Below, in pieces: positions 27,172 to 36,227 of a DNA stretch of 64,000 nt (position 1 is the first letter of the stretch; each line of letters starts with the position of its first letter). The stretch comes from Burkholderiales bacterium (GTDB lineage: Bacteria > Pseudomonadota > Gammaproteobacteria > Burkholderiales > Usitatibacteraceae). Below the pieces are notes generated by a model, which did no database searches, was not told the origin of the DNA, and saw nothing but the letters and a program-made list of their open reading frames with translations. The position numbers and the translations under genes were made by a program. The stretch spans positions 20,130 through 84,129 of the forward strand of contig JANNWG010000030.1 of the NCBI GenBank assembly GCA_031414695.1, given 5' to 3'.

Positions 27172-27828
27172 ATGAAAACATCACGTCAGCAAATCGTTAG
27201 CACCTTTGTCACTGGTGCCTTGGCTGCCTTGCCGCTCGTGGCTACCGCATTGATCGTCGTTTGGGCGGTGCGTTTTCTCTATTCCTACTTAGGGCCAGGT
27301 AGTTGGTTTGGTGACTTGATGCAGGTGTTCGGCTTCGGCATGGCGTCGGAATTGATGGCCTACTTGATTGGGCTTGCCGTGGTGGTGGTCGCGATATTCC
27401 TGCTTGGTGTGTTGGTGCGTTTTGGCTTGGCAAATTTTTTGGCCAATCTGTTAACGACGATCGTGCAGCGCATTCCCGTGGTGCGCAATATCTATGAGGT
27501 GGTCAAGTCGCTAGTCGATTTATTCGCAAAGCGTGATCAGGAAAAGCTCAACTCGATGAGCCCCGTCTGGCTGCATTTTGGTGGCGGTGGAGGTGCGGCG
27601 GTGTTGGGCTTGCTGTCGACGCGTGAGCCGGTGCTCGTGGCGGGCAAGCCTTATTTCGCTGTCATCGTGCCAACCGCGCCAGTTCCGGTGGGTGGCGGTT
27701 TAATCTATGTGCCACAGGATTGGGTGACACCAGCGGACGTGGGTATGGATGGCCTCACCAGCATTTACGTCTCGATGGGGGTAACATCGAATCAACATAT
27801 CGGCGCGCGCCCCCCCGAAAAACCCTGA
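27172..27828 (+). CDS. DUF502-like membrane protein
   Basis: Two N-terminal TM helices, then RIPVVRNIYEVVKSL and a C-terminal GGGLIYVP block typical of DUF502 (recalled, not searched). Confidence 0.65.
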   Translation: MKTSRQQIVSTFVTGALAALPLVATALIVVWAVRFLYSYLGPGSWFGDLMQVFGFGMASELMAYLIGLAVVVVAIFLLGVLVRFGLANFLANLLTTIVQRIPVVRNIYEVVKSLVDLFAKRDQEKLNSMSPVWLHFGGGGGAAVLGLLSTREPVLVAGKPYFAVIVPTAPVPVGGGLIYVPQDWVTPADVGMDGLTSIYVSMGVTSNQHIGARPPEKP

Positions 27829-28162
27829 CGAATAGGAGCCCAGTATTTTGACCTCGACCGATTCACTATTAGAGGGCTCTACTTATGGGACTCGACATAG
27901 CGCAGATTCAAAGAGCAGATACTGTTGACTCTTTGGTTGTTGGTCGCAATGTAATCTGCAGCAATTCGTATTGATCTTCCTGATCAGCAACGTCGCAAGT
28001 TAACAATTCAAAACAATTGCTTAAAAATAAAATCCTTATAATCCAAGCACTTAATAAATAATTTCTGGTTTGCCAGTAAAAAAGTAAACGATAACGGTAA
28101 ACGCCGCGCGGGAGATCAGTTTGATTCGATGCAGTCGCGTGCAGCAGCAACTTGGGGGATGA

Positions 28163-30073
28163 ATGTTGCTTTATAACTTGTTGAGATTGCGTAGCAACGA
28201 TACCCTCCTTTTAAAAGAACAGTACCGTAGCCTGACGCGGTTAATGCAAAGTATGTACGGCGTCATTTTTGGCGTGACATTGACGCTTGTGGTGACTTTT
28301 TACGAGAGTATGCCCGCGTGGATTGCCTTCCCGATGCCTGGTATGTTGACTGTTATTGTGGTCATCCGAACTTGGCATTGGTTAGCAGCACGTCGGCGCG
28401 TCGATGTGATGACGAGCCATCAGCAACTTAGTGCGATTAAAAGCACCGCCTTCATGGGCGCCGGGATTTCCTTTGGGTTTGCCCTCATTGGCTTACTGCT
28501 GATGAATTACGGAAGTCCCGCGCAACAGGCGCTGGCGCTAATTATGATTTGGGCGGTAGCGGTAGTCTCGGCTTTTTGCCTACACTCCGTGCTGGTGGCC
28601 GCTTTCGGTGTCGTCCTAGCCGCTACGTTTCCGCTCAGTATCGCGTTCATGGTGAGTGAAAATCCAACAGTTGGTAAGCTTGTTCCAATTATTGTCATGA
28701 TGACAGTGTTAATCATGTTTGTCCTGACGGAATTGCACAATAGCTTTGCGAAGCTTGTTCGCTCTAGTGAGAATGCTGCGCAAAGTGAAGCGCTGGCGGT
28801 ACATGCGTCGCTTCACGACCCGCTAACAGGCTTACCCAATCGTACATTGCTTGCGACGCGACTAGAGGCGATGATGGCTCGCAAGCGCGAGTCTGGCGGC
28901 GTATTTGCCGTGCACTGCATTGATCTTGATCGATTCAAGGAGGTCAACGAAACCTTTGGGCATGTGGCCGGTGACGAACTATTGCGACGTGTGTCGCAGC
29001 AGTTTGCCAACGCGTGCGAACCGTCTGACATCCTGGCACGTACAGGCGGCGATGAATTTATTCTAGTGCAAGAGGCAAAAGATGCAGATGCAGCAGAGGC
29101 ATTAGCGTCACACTTGATCATCTTGATGGCGGCGCCGATTGCACTTGAATCGGGACGCGTTTTTGTGGGCTGCAGCATCGGCATTTTTCTCGTCAACGAT
29201 ATGGCAATCGAACCTTTGGAATGTGTGAGGCGCGCGGATCTTGCTCTATATGAGGCCAAACGCAGTGGTCGGCAGCGGCTGATGTTTTTTGATGCCACTA
29301 TCGATGACGCGCAGCGTGACAAGCAATTGTTGCGAGATGAATTACGTGATGCACTATTGCATGAGGAGCTAACCGTCGTTTACCAAGCACAGGTGTGCGA
29401 GCGACGCATCGTCGGTGTTGAGGCACTAATCCGCTGGTCTACGAGGGAGCGGGGTGCTATTTCACCTTCCATATTCGTGCCTATCGCCGAAGAGAGCGGA
29501 CTAATCGATGCGCTAGGGAATTTCGTCATGCGACGCGCCTTTCTGGACAGCCGAAAAATGAAGGGTTTGCGCATCAGCGTAAACATATCTGCTGCGCAAA
29601 TACGTATGCGTGATTTTGTCGAAAAAGTGCGATTGATCGCGAATGAAACTGAAGTTGATCCGATGCTAGTTGAGCTTGAAATTACCGAGGGTCTGCTGTT
29701 AGGACAAGATCCAGAGATACGCCAAGCTCTTGACCAGCTGCGGTCGTTGGGCTTCAGAATTGTGCTTGATGATTTTGGCACCGGCTACTCCAGTCTAGGT
29801 TATCTGCACCGCTACCCAATTGATAAAATTAAAATTGATCGCATGTTCGTGTTGAATATGGGTCCAGATGCAAAATATGATTCCGTGGTTAGCGCTATTG
29901 TTGGGATGGCGCGCGCGTTGAATATCGACGTCATTGCTGAAGGCGTAGAGACCGAAGCAGAGCATATGCGTTTATTAGCAGCAGGCTGCCGAGACTTTCA
30001 AGGATTTCTTTTCGGGAAACCGAAACCGCTAGAGGCGTTGCTTGAAGAGCTCAATTGTGCGCATTATGCATGA
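28163..30073 (+). CDS. membrane-bound GGDEF-EAL protein (c-di-GMP turnover)
   Basis: About 5-6 N-terminal TM helices. GGDEF domain (DPLTGLPNR, RTGGDEFILV) and EAL domain (EALIRW, ELEITE, DDFGTGYSSL, EGVET). Confidence 0.85.
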   Translation: MLLYNLLRLRSNDTLLLKEQYRSLTRLMQSMYGVIFGVTLTLVVTFYESMPAWIAFPMPGMLTVIVVIRTWHWLAARRRVDVMTSHQQLSAIKSTAFMGAGISFGFALIGLLLMNYGSPAQQALALIMIWAVAVVSAFCLHSVLVAAFGVVLAATFPLSIAFMVSENPTVGKLVPIIVMMTVLIMFVLTELHNSFAKLVRSSENAAQSEALAVHASLHDPLTGLPNRTLLATRLEAMMARKRESGGVFAVHCIDLDRFKEVNETFGHVAGDELLRRVSQQFANACEPSDILARTGGDEFILVQEAKDADAAEALASHLIILMAAPIALESGRVFVGCSIGIFLVNDMAIEPLECVRRADLALYEAKRSGRQRLMFFDATIDDAQRDKQLLRDELRDALLHEELTVVYQAQVCERRIVGVEALIRWSTRERGAISPSIFVPIAEESGLIDALGNFVMRRAFLDSRKMKGLRISVNISAAQIRMRDFVEKVRLIANETEVDPMLVELEITEGLLLGQDPEIRQALDQLRSLGFRIVLDDFGTGYSSLGYLHRYPIDKIKIDRMFVLNMGPDAKYDSVVSAIVGMARALNIDVIAEGVETEAEHMRLLAAGCRDFQGFLFGKPKPLEALLEELNCAHYA

Positions 30074-30176
30074 GCAACAGTAACCATTCGTCACTTTGCG
30101 CATTCTCATACTTGGGCAGCAAGTGTTTTCGCGCAAACGCGACGCGCAAATGACGCCGCTAAGCTGTCTTTCGCGT

Positions 30177-30785
30177 TTATGTACTCAATACTTGCTCTTG
30201 CTGTCGTAGTCCCTCCATCACCATCAACGCCGCATAAGCATCGTTGGCCGCGTAAAGTTTTTGCGCACTGTTGAGGTTGGGCAGAGACCAATTAGTCGTG
30301 GTGACGCGTTTTGATTTGTGAAATTTTTGATTCAGCACGATCGCCACTGCGGCGCGAACACCAGCAGTGCGTGGGTAACCTTGTTTGCGAAAGACGGTAT
30401 TTAAGTCAATGAGCGCGTTGACAGTAAGGCCTAGTTTTTTCTGTATTTGGGCGCGGTCAGATTCGAGGCCAAAGCCAATTTTTTGGACATGGCTTGATTG
30501 CAATATTTCAGTGAGATGACCAAGACAATCGGGATGATGTAGCTGAAAGATATATCCCGTAGTGTGAGTCGCAAATTGGACAATATGTGGCCCAGTGCTG
30601 ACTTCACCTACCGCAAAGGTGGGCTTTGATTCGGTGTCAAATCCTACCATCGCTGCCTGACTAATGTCGTTTGTCGCGGCTGCAAACTCTTGCTTAGTAA
30701 CAGGTACCACAATCGATTCCAGCGTCAGTCCCACAAATGGTTCTAGTAGGGCAGTTTCTAGCTTGGTTGGATTAAGTTGTTTCAT
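30177..30785 (-). CDS. DEDD 3'-5' exonuclease domain protein (RNase D-like)
   Basis: VGFDTESKP (ExoI), an IGFGLESD region and YAANDAYAAL (ExoIII). Confidence 0.7.
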   Translation of the reverse strand: MKQLNPTKLETALLEPFVGLTLESIVVPVTKQEFAAATNDISQAAMVGFDTESKPTFAVGEVSTGPHIVQFATHTTGYIFQLHHPDCLGHLTEILQSSHVQKIGFGLESDRAQIQKKLGLTVNALIDLNTVFRKQGYPRTAGVRAAVAIVLNQKFHKSKRVTTTNWSLPNLNSAQKLYAANDAYAALMVMEGLRQQEQVLST

Positions 30786-30904
30786 TATGTCGATGATATC
30801 GGCTTTGCAGCCCGAATCTGTTGGCAGTATAAATTTTTAAAAAATTGGTAAAAATTAGGTGGCCAGATTATGTTCGTTGAATTTGTTACCTCGTACGAAA
30901 AGTG

Positions 30905-30938
30905 AAAAAACCCCGGCACCACATTGCGTGGCCCGGGG
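30905..30938 (-). terminator. rho-independent terminator of the catalase-related gene
   Basis: On the minus strand, CCCCGGGCCACGCAATGTGGTGCCGGGG is followed by TTTTTT. Confidence 0.65.
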
Positions 30939-30969
30939 TTTATTACGTTTTAACGACGGTAAATCAGTT

Positions 30970-31965
30970 TTATTGACTCAAGCGACGTCCCAACGAAACA
31001 GCGTACGAGCCCGGACGAGCGGCAAGCGTAGGATCAGCAGATGGGCCAACACCTTTTGGTAACACCAGCGGGTTGAAGGTTATTTTGTCGCACGCTCCGC
31101 CGGTATCGGCTACCACTTTGTCGATAACCAAACGGCCAGCGTTGACTACTTTTCGGTTCGCGGGTAGTGGTACGGTTGGGTCGTTGGTGACATCACCCGC
31201 TTCGGCAAGCTGCACATTGAAATTGAACGCGATGCTGCCATTGGCTGCACGATTGCGTAATTCGTTGGCTAGGAATTCATCTGGTAATTGCTTCAGCTCA
31301 TCTTCAGTAAGGCCTTGCGTGCCGCGTGCCGCCTCAAACATCCATTTGCCCATAACTTTCTTTTTAGCAGGTGTGGTGAATTCAAATGCGTTTGTGCCCC
31401 AATAATTTACCGTCGCATAGCTGGCGGGTACCGGTGACTTGGCAAGCCATTCGATTTGCGGCTTCGAATCTGGGTGGCTATCATTGAATGCTTTAACCTT
31501 AGCCGGGTCAGGGCGACCGGTGGCGGGATCTGGCTTACGCGCTTCCATAAACTTCACAAAGTTGGCTGGCGAATTAACAAAAAATACGGGTGCGGAAATG
31601 TTCGAGGTTTCCCAAGTTTCACCACCTGGACCGTTGAATTTCAAGGCGAGACCACGAACAGTTTTGCCTTTGTCCGGCGCTTTTGGATTACCACCACCAA
31701 CTGAGAAGCGCGCGATAACAGGAATTTCACTGCCGCTAAAAATTGCTGAATTAGTCAAGCCGCGGCCATCCGCGGTACCAACAAAAAATCCGCTGGCGCA
31801 TACGCCTTTGGCACCAGAGCGCCGTGCGGCATGCTTGCCAAAAACACCTTCGAGCGCGTCAACGAGTTGGCCGGGACCTGGCGTTTGTGCAGAAACCTGC
31901 GGCACAAAACTGGCAGTAGTGGCACCGAGCACAAGGCTGGCGAGAACGATGCTTGCTTGATTCAT
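30970..31965 (-). CDS. catalase-related peroxidase (small heme protein, secreted)
   Basis: Signal peptide, then a catalase-core-like R.G.KG.C..G.F and RFSVGGGNPKAPD..KTVRGLALKF. Confidence 0.75.
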   Translation of the reverse strand: MNQASIVLASLVLGATTASFVPQVSAQTPGPGQLVDALEGVFGKHAARRSGAKGVCASGFFVGTADGRGLTNSAIFSGSEIPVIARFSVGGGNPKAPDKGKTVRGLALKFNGPGGETWETSNISAPVFFVNSPANFVKFMEARKPDPATGRPDPAKVKAFNDSHPDSKPQIEWLAKSPVPASYATVNYWGTNAFEFTTPAKKKVMGKWMFEAARGTQGLTEDELKQLPDEFLANELRNRAANGSIAFNFNVQLAEAGDVTNDPTVPLPANRKVVNAGRLVIDKVVADTGGACDKITFNPLVLPKGVGPSADPTLAARPGSYAVSLGRRLSQ

Positions 31966-32336
31966 GTGAGCTCCTAAAATAATTTCAGTGAGTGGAATTG
32001 TCGCCCGTCTTATGCAGGCGAATTGATATTACTACGAGATTAGTCGGAGCAGGTTGCATTACCTTACTGTTTCTTGAAAGCATTTTTGCTATTAATAATC
32101 GACACACTAAGCAATTGTTTAAATTGTTAAACACTAATATTCATGAGCGTCTTCAGCGATTTATGTCCGAAAATAGCCGCTCTGAAATGTGTTTATAAAA
32201 ACTATTTTTCTAAAAAACCTACCTGCAAAGCAGCCGATTTGACATCGGCATACAATTAATCCAGTGAGCCATCAAAAGTGGCGAGCACTCCGTCACAACT
32301 TGCGACGGGGCAAACCAAGTCCCAAAAGGAGGAAAT

Positions 32337-32900
32337 ATGAGCGCAATCGCATTGCTCTGGATGCCAATTCTTGTCACCGCCGTATTGATTTTTATCGCCA
32401 GCACGATGATTCACATGGTGTTCAAGTGGCACAACGCGGATTACCAAAAACTTACTAATGAAGATGATGTGCGGGCGGTAGTACACGCCAGTTCGGCTGA
32501 ACCTGGGCAATATATGATTCCCTATTGCGTCGATATGAAGGAGATGGGCGGTGAAGTAATGATGAAGAAATTCAACGACGGTCCTGTCGCGTTTTTAACA
32601 GTGCGCAAAAATGGAACCCCTGCAATGGGATCAACGCTATTTCAGTGGTTCATTTTCACAATAGTAATTGCCTCGTTTGCAGGCTGGATTGCGATGTCGG
32701 TCTTTTCTGGCAAAGCAGATGCCCGCGCGGCAGGGCAAATGGTTGGCTTGATTAGCTTCCTCGCCTACGGCGCTGGCAGCGTCCCGCTGGGCATTTGGTT
32801 GGGTAAATCGTGGGGCAGTGTCGCCAAAGACTTGCTCGATGCTGTTATTTATGGCGTGATCAGCTGGTTGGTATTTGCATGGTGTTGGCCGGCTTCGTAA
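32337..32900 (+). CDS. hypothetical membrane protein (187 aa)
   Basis: One N-terminal and about three C-terminal TM helices. GGAGG RBS at about 32327. No family recognised. Confidence 0.55.
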   Translation: MSAIALLWMPILVTAVLIFIASTMIHMVFKWHNADYQKLTNEDDVRAVVHASSAEPGQYMIPYCVDMKEMGGEVMMKKFNDGPVAFLTVRKNGTPAMGSTLFQWFIFTIVIASFAGWIAMSVFSGKADARAAGQMVGLISFLAYGAGSVPLGIWLGKSWGSVAKDLLDAVIYGVISWLVFAWCWPAS

Positions 32901-33257
32901 TAGAAACGCCCAACGATAGAGCGACTTATCCTCCATACATTAGATTGAATCGCGCTACAAATTGCGTAGCGCGATATTGTATGTAAGTAAGCAGCGCGCT
33001 AGACATAGCGTGCCGATTCTAAAAAAATCGCTCGTTACTTTCAACCGCTGTAGGACCGAACGATGCTGGGACGCCTTTGATCATAGAGACTCTCACATGA
33101 GAAAGTCCAATATCTGCAAGCACTTTGCGGCTATTTCGGCTTAAAGCACCCGCCATTACTAGTGGTTACACAAAAATTTTGGCAATCACGCTATTTTAAA
33201 ATCGGCTAGACTACTGGTATGTTATTGGTATGGTTTAGTTCGTTTAATTTTATAGTT

Positions 33258-33719
33258 ATGGAGCGCTGTGTGTTCAAATTTCAGCAACATCTTCATGGCG
33301 GCATCATGCTTGGCGTGTTTCTGCTGAATATCACAGCGGGTTGCAAAAATAAAGAACCATTAGCTGTGCCGATAACAGCTAGCGCCACAATGCCGCCGCA
33401 AGGTGTAGTGCAAGTTGCAATAAAAGGTGCAACAAAACGTGAAGCCAACATCTCTGCGGCCATTGAACGTGCCATCGTTGCGCCCGCTTCAGCAGGCTAT
33501 ACGCCAATACCAACGGGTACAAAATTATTTGGCGTAGAAATTATCGGCAGCAAGATTCGCTTGAACTTTACGAAAGCCTTGCTTCTCAATGGTACAGGAC
33601 GCAAATTAGAAGATGCTGTGAAGCAACTCACGAACCCAGTCAGTGACATCACATCTGACATGGTAAATGTCGAATATGAGATTTTGATCGAAGGCAAACC
33701 AATCAGAGAGTATTTATGA
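33258..33719 (+). CDS. putative lipoprotein with a domain shared with the amidase N-terminus
   Basis: Lipobox LLNITAGC. The C-terminal block LNFTKALLLNGTGRKLEDAVKQL...VEYEILIEGKPIREYL parallels residues of about 100-165 of the next protein. The stop overlaps the next start (ATGA). The start is uncertain (33258 or 33306). Confidence 0.55.
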   Translation: MERCVFKFQQHLHGGIMLGVFLLNITAGCKNKEPLAVPITASATMPPQGVVQVAIKGATKREANISAAIERAIVAPASAGYTPIPTGTKLFGVEIIGSKIRLNFTKALLLNGTGRKLEDAVKQLTNPVSDITSDMVNVEYEILIEGKPIREYL

Positions 33720-36016
33720 GAGCTAGTTCGATAGCACTGCTCGCTGTTCTTTTAGCAGCGCCTTTTGCAATTGCGCATAACGGCGTGCAGCATGCGCCAG
33801 TGTCACCGTCTGATGCCGCTAAGCGCGCTGCAAAAGTAGTGCCGCTCAATGTGCTGAATATGGAAGCGCAAATAGAGTCGGCGTTGCAAGATGCTTTAGC
33901 CGAATTACCGCGCGCGAATAATCTTCGTGTGAAATCAAACGCCATCGGTGCCTTCGGTCAAACGCCGCAGGTACGCCTATTGAGTGCGAAGTTAAAGCGC
34001 TCACACTCGTATGCTGTGACGCCCAATGAAGTGGTGATTGATTTAAGCGCAGATGTATTGGCCTATGGCGTGGGCAGCCGCGCGTTTGAAGATATTTTGC
34101 ATACACTGCATCAGCGCGCCTATGAGCCGATGCACGAGCGCGCCGAAAATATTACCTTCTCCATTTTGATTGAAGGCATCGCGCTTAATGATTATTTGGC
34201 GTTTGAAAAAGAGCTGACTGCACCGACGCTGGGTACGCTAGAAACATCATCGAGCCTTGCAACGTCAGCGCTATTTAGCAAAAGTGCTGCGGGTCGGCGT
34301 GTGGCAGTCAGCCCTGGGCATGGCTATTGGTTTGGCACCGGAACGTGGAAATTGCAGCGTAGTTTTTTGTTTGGCATAGTCGAAGATTTTGCCAACAGCG
34401 AATTTATTATTGAACTTGATTCGATTCTGCGTGCGAATGGCGCCCAGACGCGCCCAACGCGCGAGCTTAATAAATTAATCGCAAATGGGGAATCAGGCTT
34501 TCCGCGCTGGCAGCAGGCGGCACGCTATCACGTGCGTGAAAAGGGCGCGCCAGAGACAGTTTGGAATTCGCTTACTGGCACTACTACCGACGACCTCGAT
34601 GACGACATACGGGTGCGGCCGCTTTACGCGAATTGGCGTGATGCGAATGGGATCAATTCGGAAATCTTAGTGAGCCTTCACAACAATGGTGGTGGTGGCA
34701 CCGGCACAGAAACGCTCTACGACACCGACAACGGTTTTGGCCCTGAAAGTAAACGCCTAGCCGATGCGGTGCACAATAAAATTATTGCTGCGATACGCAG
34801 CCAATTTAATCCAGCTTGGCCTGATCGCCGCGTAAAGGGATTCGCTGGCAGTTATGGTGAAAATCGCGTTGCCACAAGGCCAGCGATATTGATCGAAGTT
34901 GCTTTCATGGATACTAAATCACCGGACAACGATGCGATTCAAGACGCGCGCTTTCGCCGCATTGTGAACGAGGCCATCGCCCAAGGTGTTGCCGATTTTT
35001 TTGCCAATCAAATTGATACTACGCCGCCGACTTCACCTACTAACCTAGCCACCGCCGCTATCAGTCAATCGCAAATTGATTTGAAATGGGCTGCTGCTAC
35101 CGATGATGTCGGCGTGGCCGCATATCGTGTGTCGCGCAACGGTATGGAGATCGGTATAACCACTGGACTATCACTAACGGATACAGGCTTAACCGCCGCG
35201 ACTAGCTATAACTACACAGTCGCCTCACGTGACTTAAGGGGTAATTGGTCGGCCGAGACACAGGTTGCCATGGCGGCTACATTTCCACCCACGCCTTATC
35301 TTGGGCTTTGGTATGCAGGTGAAGCAGAGTCCGGCTGGGGCATGAGCGTGACGCAGCATAACGGTATTATTTTTGCGGCGATATTTACTTACGACTCAGC
35401 TGGACAGCCTGCTTGGTATGTGATGCCAAGTTGCACATTAGTTGGTGCAACGTGTACGAGTGATATGTTTCGCGTTTTTGGCGGCTCCTCGCCGCTGGTC
35501 ACTTGGAATATTAATGGTCGTACTGTCGAGAGAGTCGGCACCGGGACATTGGCATTTAGTAATGGCAATGCAGGCGCGTTTAATTTCACGATTAACAATC
35601 TAGCCGGTGTAAAACAAATCGTGCGCCAAGATGTGAAATCCGGCACCGTCCCCAACATCATCGACCTCACCGATTTATGGTGGAACGCGAATGAATCTGG
35701 CTGGGGCGTTTCTCTCACACACGCCAATAGTAATGTTTTCGCCACCTGGTTTACCTACGACGCCACAGGTAAAGCGATATGGTACGTTGCACCCGCTTGT
35801 ACGCTCTTGGCCGCAACCACCACGACCAGCTGCAATAGCGAACTCTATAGCGTGACAGGCGGCACAGCACTTACTGCGCCATGGGTGGCAGGGCGCACCG
35901 TACTGAAACGTGAAGGCAGCTTTAACCTGCAATTTACCGATGCCAGCCGCGCCATCATGAATTACACCATCGGTGGGGATACGACTTCGCGCGTGATTAC
36001 GCGGCAGCCGTTTTAG
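33716..36016 (+). CDS. secreted multidomain N-acetylmuramoyl-L-alanine amidase (Amidase_3) + FN3 + 2 unnamed WWNxxESGWG modules
   Basis: Signal peptide. Amidase_3 blocks (VAVSPGHG, ILVSLHNNGGGG, AILIEVAFMD). FN3-like PTNLATAAISQSQIDLKWAAATDDVGVAAYRV. Two roughly 110-aa repeats beginning LWYAGEAESGWG and LWWNANESGWG. Confidence 0.8.
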   Translation: MRASSIALLAVLLAAPFAIAHNGVQHAPVSPSDAAKRAAKVVPLNVLNMEAQIESALQDALAELPRANNLRVKSNAIGAFGQTPQVRLLSAKLKRSHSYAVTPNEVVIDLSADVLAYGVGSRAFEDILHTLHQRAYEPMHERAENITFSILIEGIALNDYLAFEKELTAPTLGTLETSSSLATSALFSKSAAGRRVAVSPGHGYWFGTGTWKLQRSFLFGIVEDFANSEFIIELDSILRANGAQTRPTRELNKLIANGESGFPRWQQAARYHVREKGAPETVWNSLTGTTTDDLDDDIRVRPLYANWRDANGINSEILVSLHNNGGGGTGTETLYDTDNGFGPESKRLADAVHNKIIAAIRSQFNPAWPDRRVKGFAGSYGENRVATRPAILIEVAFMDTKSPDNDAIQDARFRRIVNEAIAQGVADFFANQIDTTPPTSPTNLATAAISQSQIDLKWAAATDDVGVAAYRVSRNGMEIGITTGLSLTDTGLTAATSYNYTVASRDLRGNWSAETQVAMAATFPPTPYLGLWYAGEAESGWGMSVTQHNGIIFAAIFTYDSAGQPAWYVMPSCTLVGATCTSDMFRVFGGSSPLVTWNINGRTVERVGTGTLAFSNGNAGAFNFTINNLAGVKQIVRQDVKSGTVPNIIDLTDLWWNANESGWGVSLTHANSNVFATWFTYDATGKAIWYVAPACTLLAATTTTSCNSELYSVTGGTALTAPWVAGRTVLKREGSFNLQFTDASRAIMNYTIGGDTTSRVITRQPF

Positions 36017-36036
36017 TCTCACAAAATATATAGAAA

Positions 36037-36124
36037 TGTCATCCCGAGCGAAGCCGAGGGATATGCTTTTTGCTTTCTACAAGTCCGCGAAACAGCATAT
36101 CCCTCGGCTTCGCTCGGGATGACA
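36037..36124. repeat. 31-bp perfect inverted repeat (REP family E), probable terminator
   Basis: TGTCATCCCGAGCGAAGCCGAGGGATATGCT, a 26-nt loop, then AGCATATCCCTCGGCTTCGCTCGGGATGACA. Lies 21 nt after the amidase stop. Confidence 0.85.
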
Positions 36125-36227
36125 AAATTTTATAGATCGTCGTAGATTGGGCAACGCGTTTGACGAAGGCGATTTACCCAATCTTGTGATGCAGCAATAA
36201 CAATTTTTTTATTCACACCATCATCAT

